Position numbers and translations under genes: made by a program. A stretch of DNA of 64,000 nt from Nitrospinales bacterium. GTDB lineage: Bacteria; Nitrospinota; Nitrospinia; Nitrospinales; VA-1. The stretch covers positions 640,001 to 704,000 of the forward strand of contig CBDCXL010000002.1 of the NCBI GenBank assembly GCA_965223795.1, given 5' to 3'. The notes beneath the pieces were generated by a model. It was given only the letters and a program-made list of their open reading frames with translations. It ran no database searches and was not told where the DNA came from. Of this stretch, positions 19,871 through 29,416 are shown piece by piece; the first letter of the stretch is position 1; each line of letters opens with the position of its first letter.

Positions 19871-20926
19871 TCACTGCCAGCGGCCGGGGACCGGGTTTGC
19901 GCAAGCGGGACAGGCGCCCTGCTTGAGTCGATTGGCGAGCACGTGAAAGCCGCGGCGCTCGATGAGCGTTTCGCCGCAGCCGGAACAGAGGGTGTCCTCG
20001 GATCCTGCGACCTGCCCCGGAATGTTGCCCAGATAGACGTACTCAAGACCCGCCCCTCTCCCCTGCTCTTTCGCCCGCAACAGGGTTTCGGCAGGCGTGC
20101 GGCCGCGGTCGGTCATCTTGTAGTCAGGATGAAACGCCGTCACATGCCAGGGGATGTCCTTCGCGACGGAGGCGATGAATCCGGCGATGTCCGCAAGTTC
20201 GGCGTCGGAATCGTTGTAGCCGGGGATCACGAGCGTGACGATCTCCAGCCAGATCCCCATCTCCTGCACGCCGCGGATGGTGTCCAGCACCGCGGGCAGG
20301 TTGCCGCCCAGCCTTCTGTAGTTCGATTCGGAAAAACATTTGAGGTCGACCTTGAAAAAATCCACCCAGGGCCGGATGTACTCCAGCACTTCCGGCGTGC
20401 CGTGACCGTTGGAGACGTAGGCGGTTTTGAGGCCGCGCCGCTTTGCCTCCTGAAACACCTCCACCGCCCATTCGCTGGTGATGAGCGGTTCGTTGTAGGT
20501 GGAGACGAGGCTTTCCGAGCCCTCGCGCTCGGCCAGATCGCACAATTCACCCGCGCTGATGGCGTTGAAATTCAGCGTGGCCGCATCGTCGCGCAGGGTC
20601 TGGGAGGTGAACCAGTTCTGGCAGTAGGCGCAGCGGAAATCGCAGCCGAGCATGCCGAAACTGAGCGCGCGGCTGCCAGGCAGCGCGTGGAAGAACGGCT
20701 TTTTCTCGATGGGGTCGTTCTGCACGCCGGCGGCGTAATTGAAAGGCACCCGCATTGTGCCGTGTTCGTTGTAGCGCACCTTGCAGACGCCGCGCTGGCC
20801 GGGCTTGAGTTTGCACAAATGCCCGCAGGCAGTGCAGACGAATTCAGAATCGGATATCCGGCGCAGCAGCTCGCCGGGACGGGTCGCCCGGTCCAGTTTG
20901 GTTTGCAGGTTCTTCGTTGCGGTCAT
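19871..20926 (-). CDS. amrS: AmmeMemoRadiSAM system radical SAM enzyme
   Basis: N-terminal CTAC..C..C, DPIEKKP, CDFRCAYCQN, TYNEP, and C-terminal CxxC pairs. Confidence 0.88.
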   Translation of the reverse strand: MTATKNLQTKLDRATRPGELLRRISDSEFVCTACGHLCKLKPGQRGVCKVRYNEHGTMRVPFNYAAGVQNDPIEKKPFFHALPGSRALSFGMLGCDFRCAYCQNWFTSQTLRDDAATLNFNAISAGELCDLAEREGSESLVSTYNEPLITSEWAVEVFQEAKRRGLKTAYVSNGHGTPEVLEYIRPWVDFFKVDLKCFSESNYRRLGGNLPAVLDTIRGVQEMGIWLEIVTLVIPGYNDSDAELADIAGFIASVAKDIPWHVTAFHPDYKMTDRGRTPAETLLRAKEQGRGAGLEYVYLGNIPGQVAGSEDTLCSGCGETLIERRGFHVLANRLKQGACPACANPVPGRWQ

Positions 20927-20977
20927 GCAACGATCATACACTCATTCCGGTGGGGATGAAAGCGGCGGCAAACCGGG

Positions 20978-21436
20978 TCACTCGGTGCTGATGCCGTCGG
21001 TTTTTTTATCGAGGGCGCCGACCATCGTGTGCCAGGCCAGGGACGCGCATTTGGTGCGGGAAGGATACTCGCGGATGCCGACGAACAGTTTCAGTTTGCC
21101 CAGGTGATTTTCTTCCTTGTCCGGCTCCAGCTCGCCCAGCACCATCTTGTGAAATTCCTTGAACACCACCCGCGCCTCGTCCACTTTTTTGCCTTTGAGA
21201 AACGCGGTCATGAGCGAGGTGCTGGCTTTGGAAATGGCGCAGCCGGTGCCGACGAAACTGACGTCCTGAATCTCCTGGCTGTCGGGATCGACGTTCAGGT
21301 AGACGTGGATGTCGTCGCCGCACAGCGGGTTGATGCCGTGACAGTGGTGGGTGGCGTTTTTGATTTCGCGAAAATTCCTGGGATTGCGGTTGTGGTCCAG
21401 GATCACCTGCTGATACAGTTCATTGTCGTAAGACAT
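20978..21436 (-). CDS. sufU: SUF system NifU/IscU-like protein
   Basis: LYQQVILDH, NPLCGD, GCAIS and RTKCA motifs. Confidence 0.92.
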   Translation of the reverse strand: MSYDNELYQQVILDHNRNPRNFREIKNATHHCHGINPLCGDDIHVYLNVDPDSQEIQDVSFVGTGCAISKASTSLMTAFLKGKKVDEARVVFKEFHKMVLGELEPDKEENHLGKLKLFVGIREYPSRTKCASLAWHTMVGALDKKTDGISTE

Positions 21437-21578
21437 GCCCGATTGCCTTTCTAAAATGCGTGCGGACGATCTTTCTCAAACAAGCGGTCCGCTTTGACAA
21501 CGATGGATCATTCAACTCCGTCGTTTCCAAATCCATTTCACTTCATTCCGATCGACCTGCTTCCTCTCCGGGGAGGAG

Positions 21579-22832
21579 TCAGGAAAACATCCGGATCACC
21601 TTGCCGATGCTCTCGGCCAGCGCATCCAGCTCCTCGGGCTTGTTGTAGAAAGCCATCGAGGCGCGGGTGGTGGCCGGCACGCCGTAGCGGATCATGGTCG
21701 GCTGCGCGCAATGGTGGCCGCCGCGCACCGCGATGCCGTCCTGATCGAGCAGCGTCCCGACGTCATGCGGATGCGCCGCATCGAGCACGAACGAGATGAG
21801 CGCGGCCTTGTCGCGCGCTTCGCCGATGATCCGAAGCCCGTCGATCGCCTTGAGCTTTTTGGTGCCGTAGTCGAGCAGGGTTTTCTCGTACTCGAAGATG
21901 GCGTCCATGCCGATCGCGGTGATGAAATCGATGGCCGCACCCAGGCCGATCACCTGCGAGATGGGCGGCGTCCCGGCTTCGAAACGCGCGGGCGGCTTGG
22001 CGTAGGTGGTCTTTTCCAGCGTCACCTGCAGGATCATGTCGCCGCCGGTCACGTAGGGGCCCATCTGTTCCCACAGCTCCATTTTCCCGTAAACGCCGCC
22101 GATGCCGCTGGGGGCGTACATCTTGTGGCCGGAGAAGGTATAAAAATCGCAGCCGATGTCCTGCACGTCGATCTTCATGTGCGGCGTGCTCTGGGCGCCG
22201 TCGATCAGCACTTTCGCGCCGGCGGCGTGCGCCATCTCGGTGATCTTCTTGACCGGATTGATGGTCCCCAAAGCGTTGGACACGTGGTTCACCGCCACCA
22301 TGCGGGTCTTGTCATTGAGCAGCCGCTGGTATTCATCGAGGATCAGTTCGCCGCGGTCGTCCACCGGGATCACTCTGAGGCGGGCGCCGCGTTCCTCGCA
22401 CAGCACCTGCCAGGGCACGGTGTTGGCGTGGTGCTCGATGTTGGAGATGATGATCTCGTCGCCTTCGTTCACAAACCGCTTGCCGAAGCAGTGCGCGACG
22501 AGGTTGATCGACTGGGTGGTGCCGCTGGTGAACACGATCTCCTTGCGCTCGGGTGTGTGGAACAGGTCCGCCACCTTCTGGCGCGCTTCCTCGTAAAGCT
22601 GGGTGGAGCGCTCGCTCAGCTTGTACGCGCCCCGCCGCACGGTGCCGTATTCCTCCGCGTCGAACTTGCGCACCCGCTCGATCACCGATCGGGGCTTCTG
22701 CGTGGTGGCGCCGTTGTCCAGGTAGATGAGCGGCTTGCCGTTCACCGTTTGCGAGAGTATGGGAAACTCCTGGCGGATCTTGTCCACATCGAGCGTGGTT
22801 TTTTCGGCCAGGGCGGTGTCTGGATCCGGCAT
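21579..22832 (-). CDS. sufS: Cysteine desulfurase SufS
   Basis: YLDNGATTQKP, SGHKM and RGGHHCAQP motifs. Confidence 0.95.
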   Translation of the reverse strand: MPDPDTALAEKTTLDVDKIRQEFPILSQTVNGKPLIYLDNGATTQKPRSVIERVRKFDAEEYGTVRRGAYKLSERSTQLYEEARQKVADLFHTPERKEIVFTSGTTQSINLVAHCFGKRFVNEGDEIIISNIEHHANTVPWQVLCEERGARLRVIPVDDRGELILDEYQRLLNDKTRMVAVNHVSNALGTINPVKKITEMAHAAGAKVLIDGAQSTPHMKIDVQDIGCDFYTFSGHKMYAPSGIGGVYGKMELWEQMGPYVTGGDMILQVTLEKTTYAKPPARFEAGTPPISQVIGLGAAIDFITAIGMDAIFEYEKTLLDYGTKKLKAIDGLRIIGEARDKAALISFVLDAAHPHDVGTLLDQDGIAVRGGHHCAQPTMIRYGVPATTRASMAFYNKPEELDALAESIGKVIRMFS

Positions 22833-22833
22833 T

Positions 22834-24144
22834 TCAGTTCTCCAGTTTCTTGAGTAGAGTGTTTTCGAGATCCTCGCGCACTCCGGGGAACGGGATGGTC
22901 TCGATGATGCTCTCGGCGAAGCTTTTGGTCAGAAGTTCCTTGGCGATTTTCTGGGACAGCCCGCGTGTCTTCAAGTAAAAAAGCTGCTCTTCGTCGATCT
23001 GCCCGATGGTGGCGCCGTGCGTGCACTTCACATCGTCCGCGAAAATCATCAGGTTCGGCTTGTTGTCCGCGTGGCTGGTGTTCGAGAGCATGAGGTTGTT
23101 GATCAGCTGGTCGGAACTGGTGAGCTGCGCGCCCGGGTCCACCACCACGGTGCCGTCCACGCTGGAGCGGCTCTTGTCGTTGACGATGTTCTTGAAGTGC
23201 TGGTGGCTGGTGCCGTGCGGCGATTCGTGGTGGATGCGGACGAAATGGTGCACTTGTTCTTCGTCGGTCAGCACGCTGACGGCGTTCCACCTGAGTTCCG
23301 CGCCGGGTTCCTTGAGATGCGCTTCGAGGTGCTGGCGGGTCAGCCGGCTGCCGGACGATGCGTTGGCCGCGTGCAAGCGGGCGTTGCGCGCCAGGTGGAT
23401 GCGGGTCTTGGAACAATGCCAGGAATCCTTTTCGTCCTCCTGCACCTGGGTGTAGCGGATGCCCGCATCCTCGGCGACGAAAATGTCCTGCACCGCGTTG
23501 ACGAAATAACCACCGCCGCCACCCACGTAGCGGACGATCAGATCCAGTTCGGACTGGCTGCCCACTTTCAGGATCACCCTGGGATGGGTGGTGACTTTGT
23601 TGCCATTTCCCCCGGTGGAGGCATACAGAATCTGCAGCGGCGCCCGGATCTTCGTCTTTTCCGGAATCTCCAGCAGGGAACCGCTGTTCATGAAGGCGCT
23701 GTTGATGCAGGCAAAGACGTCGTTTTCGTTTTCGATGGTTTCGGTGAGGTACTGCTGAATCTCCGCATCGGACGCCGCCTCGGCGATCGTCTTGATGGTG
23801 AGCGCGTCCCCGAGGTCGTTCAGGTCGGAAAGATCGCCGCGCAGGACGCCGTCCACGAACACGAGATGGCTCTTCTCGCAGCCAGGATACACGCTGGCCT
23901 TGATGCGCGCTTCGGGAGCGGCCGTTGAATCGGGTGCGGCAAACGCAGTGGCCGCAAGGTCCTGCGTGTTCACGAAGGTGTACATCTCGTGCTTGCGGCC
24001 GGGAAAGCCGAGGGTCTCAAACCGGTCGATGGCGGCGCGGTGGAACGGCGCGAGGCTGGCGGACGCCTGGTTCTCGTTCAAAAATTTCTGGTGACGCCGG
24101 ATCAAAAGCGATTCGGCGGTGTCTTCGGTGGCGGCGGTCGTCAT
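22834..24144 (-). CDS. sufD: Fe-S cluster assembly protein SufD
   Basis: KPNLMIFADDVKCTHGATIG..LFYLKTRG; operon position. Confidence 0.93.
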   Translation of the reverse strand: MTTAATEDTAESLLIRRHQKFLNENQASASLAPFHRAAIDRFETLGFPGRKHEMYTFVNTQDLAATAFAAPDSTAAPEARIKASVYPGCEKSHLVFVDGVLRGDLSDLNDLGDALTIKTIAEAASDAEIQQYLTETIENENDVFACINSAFMNSGSLLEIPEKTKIRAPLQILYASTGGNGNKVTTHPRVILKVGSQSELDLIVRYVGGGGGYFVNAVQDIFVAEDAGIRYTQVQEDEKDSWHCSKTRIHLARNARLHAANASSGSRLTRQHLEAHLKEPGAELRWNAVSVLTDEEQVHHFVRIHHESPHGTSHQHFKNIVNDKSRSSVDGTVVVDPGAQLTSSDQLINNLMLSNTSHADNKPNLMIFADDVKCTHGATIGQIDEEQLFYLKTRGLSQKIAKELLTKSFAESIIETIPFPGVREDLENTLLKKLEN

Positions 24145-24153
24145 GGCGTCTCC

Positions 24154-24900
24154 TCAAGCTTTGGCGGCGAGCCAGTCGTAACCCTGGGCCTCCAGCTCCA
24201 GAGCCAGTTCCTTCTGCCCGGATTTCACGATCTTGCCCTGGCTGATCACGTGCACGTGATCGGGCTGGATGTATTCGAGCAGTCTCTGGTAGTGGGTGAT
24301 GAGGATCAGGGCGTTGTCCGCGGTCCTGAGTTTGTTGACGCCGCTGGCGACCACGCGCAGCGCGTCGATGTCGAGGCCGGAGTCGGTTTCATCCAGGATG
24401 GCGAGCTTGGGGTCGATGACCGCCATCTGCAGAATTTCGTTTTTCTTTTTCTCGCCGCCGGAAAAGCCGTCGTTGAGGCTGCGGTCCTTGTATTTCTGCT
24501 CCATGCCGAGCGTCCCCATCTTCTCGGAGAGGATCTCATCGAAATCCAGAGGATCGATCTCTTCCTTGCCCGCCGCGACCAGCCGGGCGTTGTAGGCCAT
24601 GCGCAGAAACTCGGCGTTGTTCACGCCGGGAATTTCGACGGGATACTGGAAGCCCATGAAGATGCCGGCCAGCGCTCGCTCTTCCGGGTCCATGTCGAGC
24701 AGGTTTTTGCCGTCGAACTGAATTTCCCCGGCGGTGACCTCATACGAGGGATGGCCCGCGAGCACTTTTGACAGCGTGCTCTTGCCGGACCCGTTGGGGC
24801 CCATGATGGCGTGCACCTCGCCTTTTTTGACCGAGAGGGACACGCCTTTTATGATTTCAATGCCTTCAAAACCGGCATGAAGATCCTTGATCTCAAGCAT
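24154..24900 (-). CDS. sufC: Fe-S cluster assembly ATPase SufC
   Basis: [27 protein letters not shown] and LDETDSGLD motifs. Confidence 0.96.
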   Translation of the reverse strand: MLEIKDLHAGFEGIEIIKGVSLSVKKGEVHAIMGPNGSGKSTLSKVLAGHPSYEVTAGEIQFDGKNLLDMDPEERALAGIFMGFQYPVEIPGVNNAEFLRMAYNARLVAAGKEEIDPLDFDEILSEKMGTLGMEQKYKDRSLNDGFSGGEKKKNEILQMAVIDPKLAILDETDSGLDIDALRVVASGVNKLRTADNALILITHYQRLLEYIQPDHVHVISQGKIVKSGQKELALELEAQGYDWLAAKA

Positions 24901-24971
24901 CGATACTTGTCCTCATTTTTAAATGGATGGATAAACCTGTTGCCGCCTGAATCCCGCGCGGAAGTTCGCCG

Positions 24972-26423
24972 CTATCCGACGCTGTCCTCGAGCTTGAGGG
25001 TCAACAGCTTCTGCGCCTCCACGGCGAATTCCATGGGCAGCTGCTTGAACACCTCTTTGCAGAAACCGTTGATCACGGCGGTGATGGCGTTTTCGCGCGA
25101 GATGCCGCGCTGCTCGAAATAAAACAGCTGCTCCTCGCTGATCTTCGAGGTGGACGCCTCGTGCTCGATCTGCACGGAACTGTTGCCGGATTCGATGTAC
25201 GGGAACGTATGGGCGCTGCACTGGTCCCCCACCAGCATGCTGTCGCACTGGCTGTAGTTGCGCGCGTTGGTGGCGTTCTTGTTGACCTTCACCTGGCCGC
25301 GGTAGCTGTTGGAGGACTGGTCGGCGGAGATCCCCTTCGAGATGATGCTGGAGCGGGTGTTCTTGCCGATGTGGATCATCTTGGTGCCGGTGTCCGCCTG
25401 CATGTGGCCGTTGGTGAGGGCGACGGAATAAAACTCGCCCACGGTGTCATCCCCCTGCAGGATGCAGCTCGGGTATTTCCAGGTGATGGCGGAGCCGGTC
25501 TCGACCTGGGTCCAGGAGATCTTGGATTTATTGCCCTGGCATTTGCCGCGCTTGGTGACGAAGTTGTAGATGCCGCCCTTGCCGGTTTCCTTGTCGCCGG
25601 CGTACCAGTTCTGCACAGTGCTGTACTTGATCTCGGCGTTGTCGTGGGTGATCAGCTCGACCACCGCGGCGTGCAGCTGGTTGGTGTCGAACTGCGGCGC
25701 GGTGCAGCCTTCCAGGTACGACACGTAGCTGTTCTCGGCGCAGATGATGAGCGTCCGCTCGAACTGGCCGGTCTCCTCGGTGTTGATGCGGAAATAGGTG
25801 GACAGCTCCATCGGGCAGACGGTGTCGGGCGGGATGTACACGAACGACCCGTCGGTGAACACGGCGCTGTTGAGAGCGGCGTAATAATTGTCGCCCACGG
25901 GCACGACCGAGCCCATGTATTCTTCCACCAGTTCGGGGTACTCCTGGATCGCCTCGGAGATGGGACAGAAAATGACGCCCACTTCCATCAGTTTTTTCTT
26001 GTGCGTGGTGGCGACGCTGACGCTGTCGAACACCGCGTCGACGGCCACGTTGGCGAGCTTCTTCTGCTCGTCCAGCGGGATGCCGAGCTTGTCGAAGGTG
26101 CGCAGGATCTCCGGATCCACTTCATCCAGGCTCTCCAGCTTCTTTTTCGGCTTGGGCGCCGAGTAGTAGGAGATGTCCTGGTAGTCGATGGGCGGGTAAT
26201 GCACGTTGGGCCAGGTCGGCTCTTTCATGGTGAGCCATTTTTTGTAGGCCTTGAGCCGAAAGTCGAGCATGAACTGGGGCTCGTTCTTCTTTTTGGAGAT
26301 GGCCCGCACCACGTCCTCGTTGAGTCCCTTGGCGAAAGTCTCCGACTCGATGAGGGTCTGGAACCCGTATTTGTAGGCTTTGTCTTCCAAAACCTCGTTG
26401 ACTGAATTTTCTTTGGCTGCCAT
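24972..26423 (-). CDS. sufB: Fe-S cluster assembly protein SufB
   Basis: [25 protein letters not shown] and TWKYPSC motifs. Confidence 0.97.
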   Translation of the reverse strand: MAAKENSVNEVLEDKAYKYGFQTLIESETFAKGLNEDVVRAISKKKNEPQFMLDFRLKAYKKWLTMKEPTWPNVHYPPIDYQDISYYSAPKPKKKLESLDEVDPEILRTFDKLGIPLDEQKKLANVAVDAVFDSVSVATTHKKKLMEVGVIFCPISEAIQEYPELVEEYMGSVVPVGDNYYAALNSAVFTDGSFVYIPPDTVCPMELSTYFRINTEETGQFERTLIICAENSYVSYLEGCTAPQFDTNQLHAAVVELITHDNAEIKYSTVQNWYAGDKETGKGGIYNFVTKRGKCQGNKSKISWTQVETGSAITWKYPSCILQGDDTVGEFYSVALTNGHMQADTGTKMIHIGKNTRSSIISKGISADQSSNSYRGQVKVNKNATNARNYSQCDSMLVGDQCSAHTFPYIESGNSSVQIEHEASTSKISEEQLFYFEQRGISRENAITAVINGFCKEVFKQLPMEFAVEAQKLLTLKLEDSVG

Positions 26424-26454
26424 TTATTCACACTCCCTTGAAAAGGAATCGTGG

Positions 26455-27213
26455 CTACATATTGGGAACGACCATGAGCTCGTTGTAGATTTCCCGTCTC
26501 AGGGTCTGCTCTATGAATGAAAGCGTCGCGCCCAGCGAGGACCCGCAGCTTCCGCAGGCTCCCTGGTACTGGACACTCACTTTTTCTCCGTTCTGGACAT
26601 TCAGCACTTCGATGTTGCCGCCGTCGGCCATGAGCGCCGGACGCACCTTGTCGTCGAGAACCAGATTGATCTGCTCCATCTGCTCCTTTTCGCTGAGGCC
26701 CAGCCACGCCTGCTCCGCCATGGTCAGTTCGGCGGTGGACCGTTTGGGCGGGCCGTCTTTTTCGGCAACGGATTTGGCGGCGGTGGTGGCCGCGGCAACG
26801 GCTTTTGAGTTTTCGTACTGCTCGCGGACGATCTTGAGCAGGGCTTCCACCGCGGCGAACGCGGCCTGCTTGGATTCGGGCACCGCGGGCTCGTCGGGCG
26901 TGTCGCGCAGCTGGTTTTCCACGTCCGAGCCCATGAGCGAGCAGGCTTCATCGAGGGTCAGCCCCTTGACCATGCCGCACAGGGTCTCGACGATGGCGAC
27001 GGACACCTTGCCGCCGTAGGCGAAAAACTTGGCGCTGAAGACGCGGTCGTCCTCCGGGTTGACCAGCCAGTAGAGCTTCATGTCCTTGTGCTTGGCTTCC
27101 ACCAGGGCCATGTTTTTCTCTGTGGCGTCGTCCTGATAGTAAGCGCCGCGGTTCTTCGGCTTGCTCGCGGCTTCGTCAAATTTATTCGAATATTTGTCTT
27201 CGAGTACGGACAT
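26455..27213 (-). CDS. NifU-like protein: degenerate IscU-like N-domain plus Nfu C-domain
   Basis: C-terminal VRPALMADGGN..YQGACGSC; N-terminal PKNRG..AKFFAYGG resembles NifU_N without its Cys ligands. Confidence 0.8.
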   Translation of the reverse strand: MSVLEDKYSNKFDEAASKPKNRGAYYQDDATEKNMALVEAKHKDMKLYWLVNPEDDRVFSAKFFAYGGKVSVAIVETLCGMVKGLTLDEACSLMGSDVENQLRDTPDEPAVPESKQAAFAAVEALLKIVREQYENSKAVAAATTAAKSVAEKDGPPKRSTAELTMAEQAWLGLSEKEQMEQINLVLDDKVRPALMADGGNIEVLNVQNGEKVSVQYQGACGSCGSSLGATLSFIEQTLRREIYNELMVVPNM

Positions 27214-27295
27214 TGGGATCGTGGGAGACGCGGGGAAAGACCGCGCTTTCACCGCATGGGGTCAAGGCGAATAATTGAAAGTTTTTCCACGCCTT

Positions 27296-27324
27296 AGTAT
27301 AAGGATTCTGGCTGTTCTTCTCAA
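27296..27324 (-). promoter_or_regulatory. Sigma-70 promoter of the suf operon
   Basis: Minus strand TTGAGA-N17-TATACT. Confidence 0.6.
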
Positions 27325-27724
27325 CAGACATTAAGATGCACCGGAAGTCCGAAAGTTCCTTAACTTTTGCAAGAATCTAATGCGATCTCGGTGCTTCGGC
27401 GGGACCGCCGGGCGCACGATCCCCCCGCGTATCGGATGGGCAAAATCTTAGGGGATTTGGCACCGCCACGGCGAAAACCGCTTACGCCTTGAATATCATA
27501 AGCTTAACGGAAAACCGCTGAGAAGACGCCTTTTGCGCCGCAACCACGCACCGGTTGCGAATTGATTTGAATTCCCTTCGCGCCCGCCTATATTGTGTGC
27601 AGATTGCAAACGAAAGAGCTATAATCGTAGCACACAACGCGTACCTGCCTTCGGGAAGCTGCATCTTTTTCCCGGACACCCGGCGGGAGCGCATGAATCC
27701 ACGTTACGACAAGGGCACTCCGCC

Positions 27725-28732
27725 ATGAACACGCAGACAGAACGGCCGAAACTTGTGGACGGCATGGGACGCACCATCGTCAACCTGAGAATTTCGGTGA
27801 CCGACCGTTGTAATTTTCGCTGTACTTACTGCATGCCCGCGGACAACGTGGAGTTCATGGACCGCAGCAAGCTGCTCACTTTCGAGGAGGTGACGCGCGT
27901 GGCGACGGTCGTCTCGAAAATGGGCATCCACCGCCTGCGGCTGACGGGCGGCGAGCCGACGATGCGCAAGGACCTGCCGGTGCTGATCAACATGCTCGCC
28001 AATGTCGAGGGGATCGACGACATCGCCATGACCACCAACGCGTTCTTCCTGAAGGATCAGGCGCAGGCGCTGCGCGACGCCGGGCTCAAGCGGCTCAACG
28101 TCAGCCTCGACGCGCTGGATCCGGAGAAGTTCGCGCACGTCAACCGGCGCGACTGCCTCGACCAGGTGCTGGACGGTCTCAAGGCGGCGGCGGAGGCTAA
28201 CTACGAATCGATCAAGATCAACGCGGTGGCGATGCGCAATTTCTCGGAAAGCGAGATCCTCAGGCTCATCGAGATGGGCCGGTCGGACGGTTTCGAGGTG
28301 CGCTTCATCGAGTTCATGCCGCTGGATTCGGACAAGATCTGGGAACGCGACAAGGTGCTGTTCGGGCATGAAATCGTCGATCTCATCCGCGAGAAATACG
28401 AACTGGTGCCGATCGAAAACTCGCTGGAGATCGGCCCGGCCAGCGAATTCGAATTCGCCGACGGCAAGGGCAAGATCGGCATCATCACCGCGGTCAGCAA
28501 CCCGTTCTGCGACCACTGCAACCGCATCCGCATGACCGCCGACGGCAAGCTGCGCACCTGCCTGTTCTCGACGCAGGAAACCAACCTCAAGCAGCTGATC
28601 CGCGGCGGCGCTTCCGACGCGGACATCACACAGAAGATCCTCGACGCAGTGGCGGTCAAGGAGCCGGGGCACAAGATCAACCTGGACGATTTCGAACGGC
28701 CGACGCGCGCCATGCACGCCATCGGCGGCTGA
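27725..28732 (+). CDS. moaA: GTP 3',8-cyclase MoaA
   Basis: LRISVTDRCNFRCTYCMP, FCDHCNRIR..CLF and C-terminal IGG. Confidence 0.96.
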   Translation: MNTQTERPKLVDGMGRTIVNLRISVTDRCNFRCTYCMPADNVEFMDRSKLLTFEEVTRVATVVSKMGIHRLRLTGGEPTMRKDLPVLINMLANVEGIDDIAMTTNAFFLKDQAQALRDAGLKRLNVSLDALDPEKFAHVNRRDCLDQVLDGLKAAAEANYESIKINAVAMRNFSESEILRLIEMGRSDGFEVRFIEFMPLDSDKIWERDKVLFGHEIVDLIREKYELVPIENSLEIGPASEFEFADGKGKIGIITAVSNPFCDHCNRIRMTADGKLRTCLFSTQETNLKQLIRGGASDADITQKILDAVAVKEPGHKINLDDFERPTRAMHAIGG

Positions 28733-28799
28733 CTCCTCGCGGAGGGGCAATTTGCTCACGCCGGGCAGCATCTTTTCAACCTTAAAACACACTTCATTG

Positions 28800-29000
28800 A
28801 CTCGCTTCCTCCTCTTCCGCAGAGGGCGTATCCGCTGATGCCGGGCAGCATGCGGTTGCCATCACTTCTTTGACGCGGTTCTCCCCTCTTCCACAAAAGC
28901 CCGACAGACTGGCACTCGATTCAACACCCTCCTGTTTGATCGTCTCGTTTTCCTCCTGTTCCGATCCATGCACTAATTGTCGCCCGCACGGTGTCCCCTC
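28800..29000 (-). ncRNA. Candidate GGA-rich (CsrB/Rsm-like) sRNA
   Basis: 12 GGA motifs in about 190 nt, several in hairpin loops; no convincing ORF. Confidence 0.25.
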
Positions 29001-29142
29001 TTTTCGCCCCCGTGGATCAAACGCTTTAATTCCGGCGGCTTCGGCCGTTTGCGGCGGGAGAGCGCGTATTTTTTGCCGGCCGCTGTCCGATTTTGGTCGG
29101 TTGGGCATTGTGGCAGGAGGCGTTTCATTCGATACTGATTGT

Positions 29143-29229
29143 ATTAGAGATTCTTCTCTACGGTATTTCACAGACTCTCCCCCTTAAATGTCCGGGGCCG
29201 GTTCCCAGCCGGTCCCGGATATTTTTTTT
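29143..29229 (+). ncRNA. Candidate small RNA of about 85 nt
   Basis: TTGTGG-N17-GATACT upstream (29108-29136); 5' hairpin; C-rich linker; strong terminator with no upstream plus-strand CDS nearby. Confidence 0.4.
29188..29229 (+). terminator. Intrinsic terminator
   Basis: ATGTCCGGGGCCGG/CCGGTCCCGGATAT stem followed by a U-tract. Confidence 0.8.
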
Positions 29230-29264
29230 CCTCCCTTTTTAGTGATCTTTTAATAGATCATTTT

Positions 29265-29326
29265 CCTGTCATGCTGAGCCTGTCGAAGCATGATTCGGCA
29301 CCCTTCGACGAGCTCAGGGTGACAGG
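29265..29326. repeat. REP-like palindrome GTCATGCTGAGCCTGTCGAAGCATG...CCCTTCGAC..GCTCAGGGTGAC, copy 1
   Basis: Matches the copies at 30320, 35947, 42878 and 50673. Confidence 0.88.
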
Positions 29327-29416
29327 ATGAAACTCAGACCCAGCGTGTCCAGCTTATGCAAAGATCCTGACTTTGTGCTACCCTGTTTTCCTTCTGCATT
29401 TGTTTGACTCAGGACC

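Noticed and set aside
27620..27724. Possible Moco riboswitch before moaA
   Set aside because: I could not match the conserved Moco RNA elements.
28794..29187. ORFs 28794-29171 (-) and 28870-29187 (+)
   Set aside because: Non-ATG starts, no RBS, low-complexity products and atypical codon use; the region is more likely non-coding.
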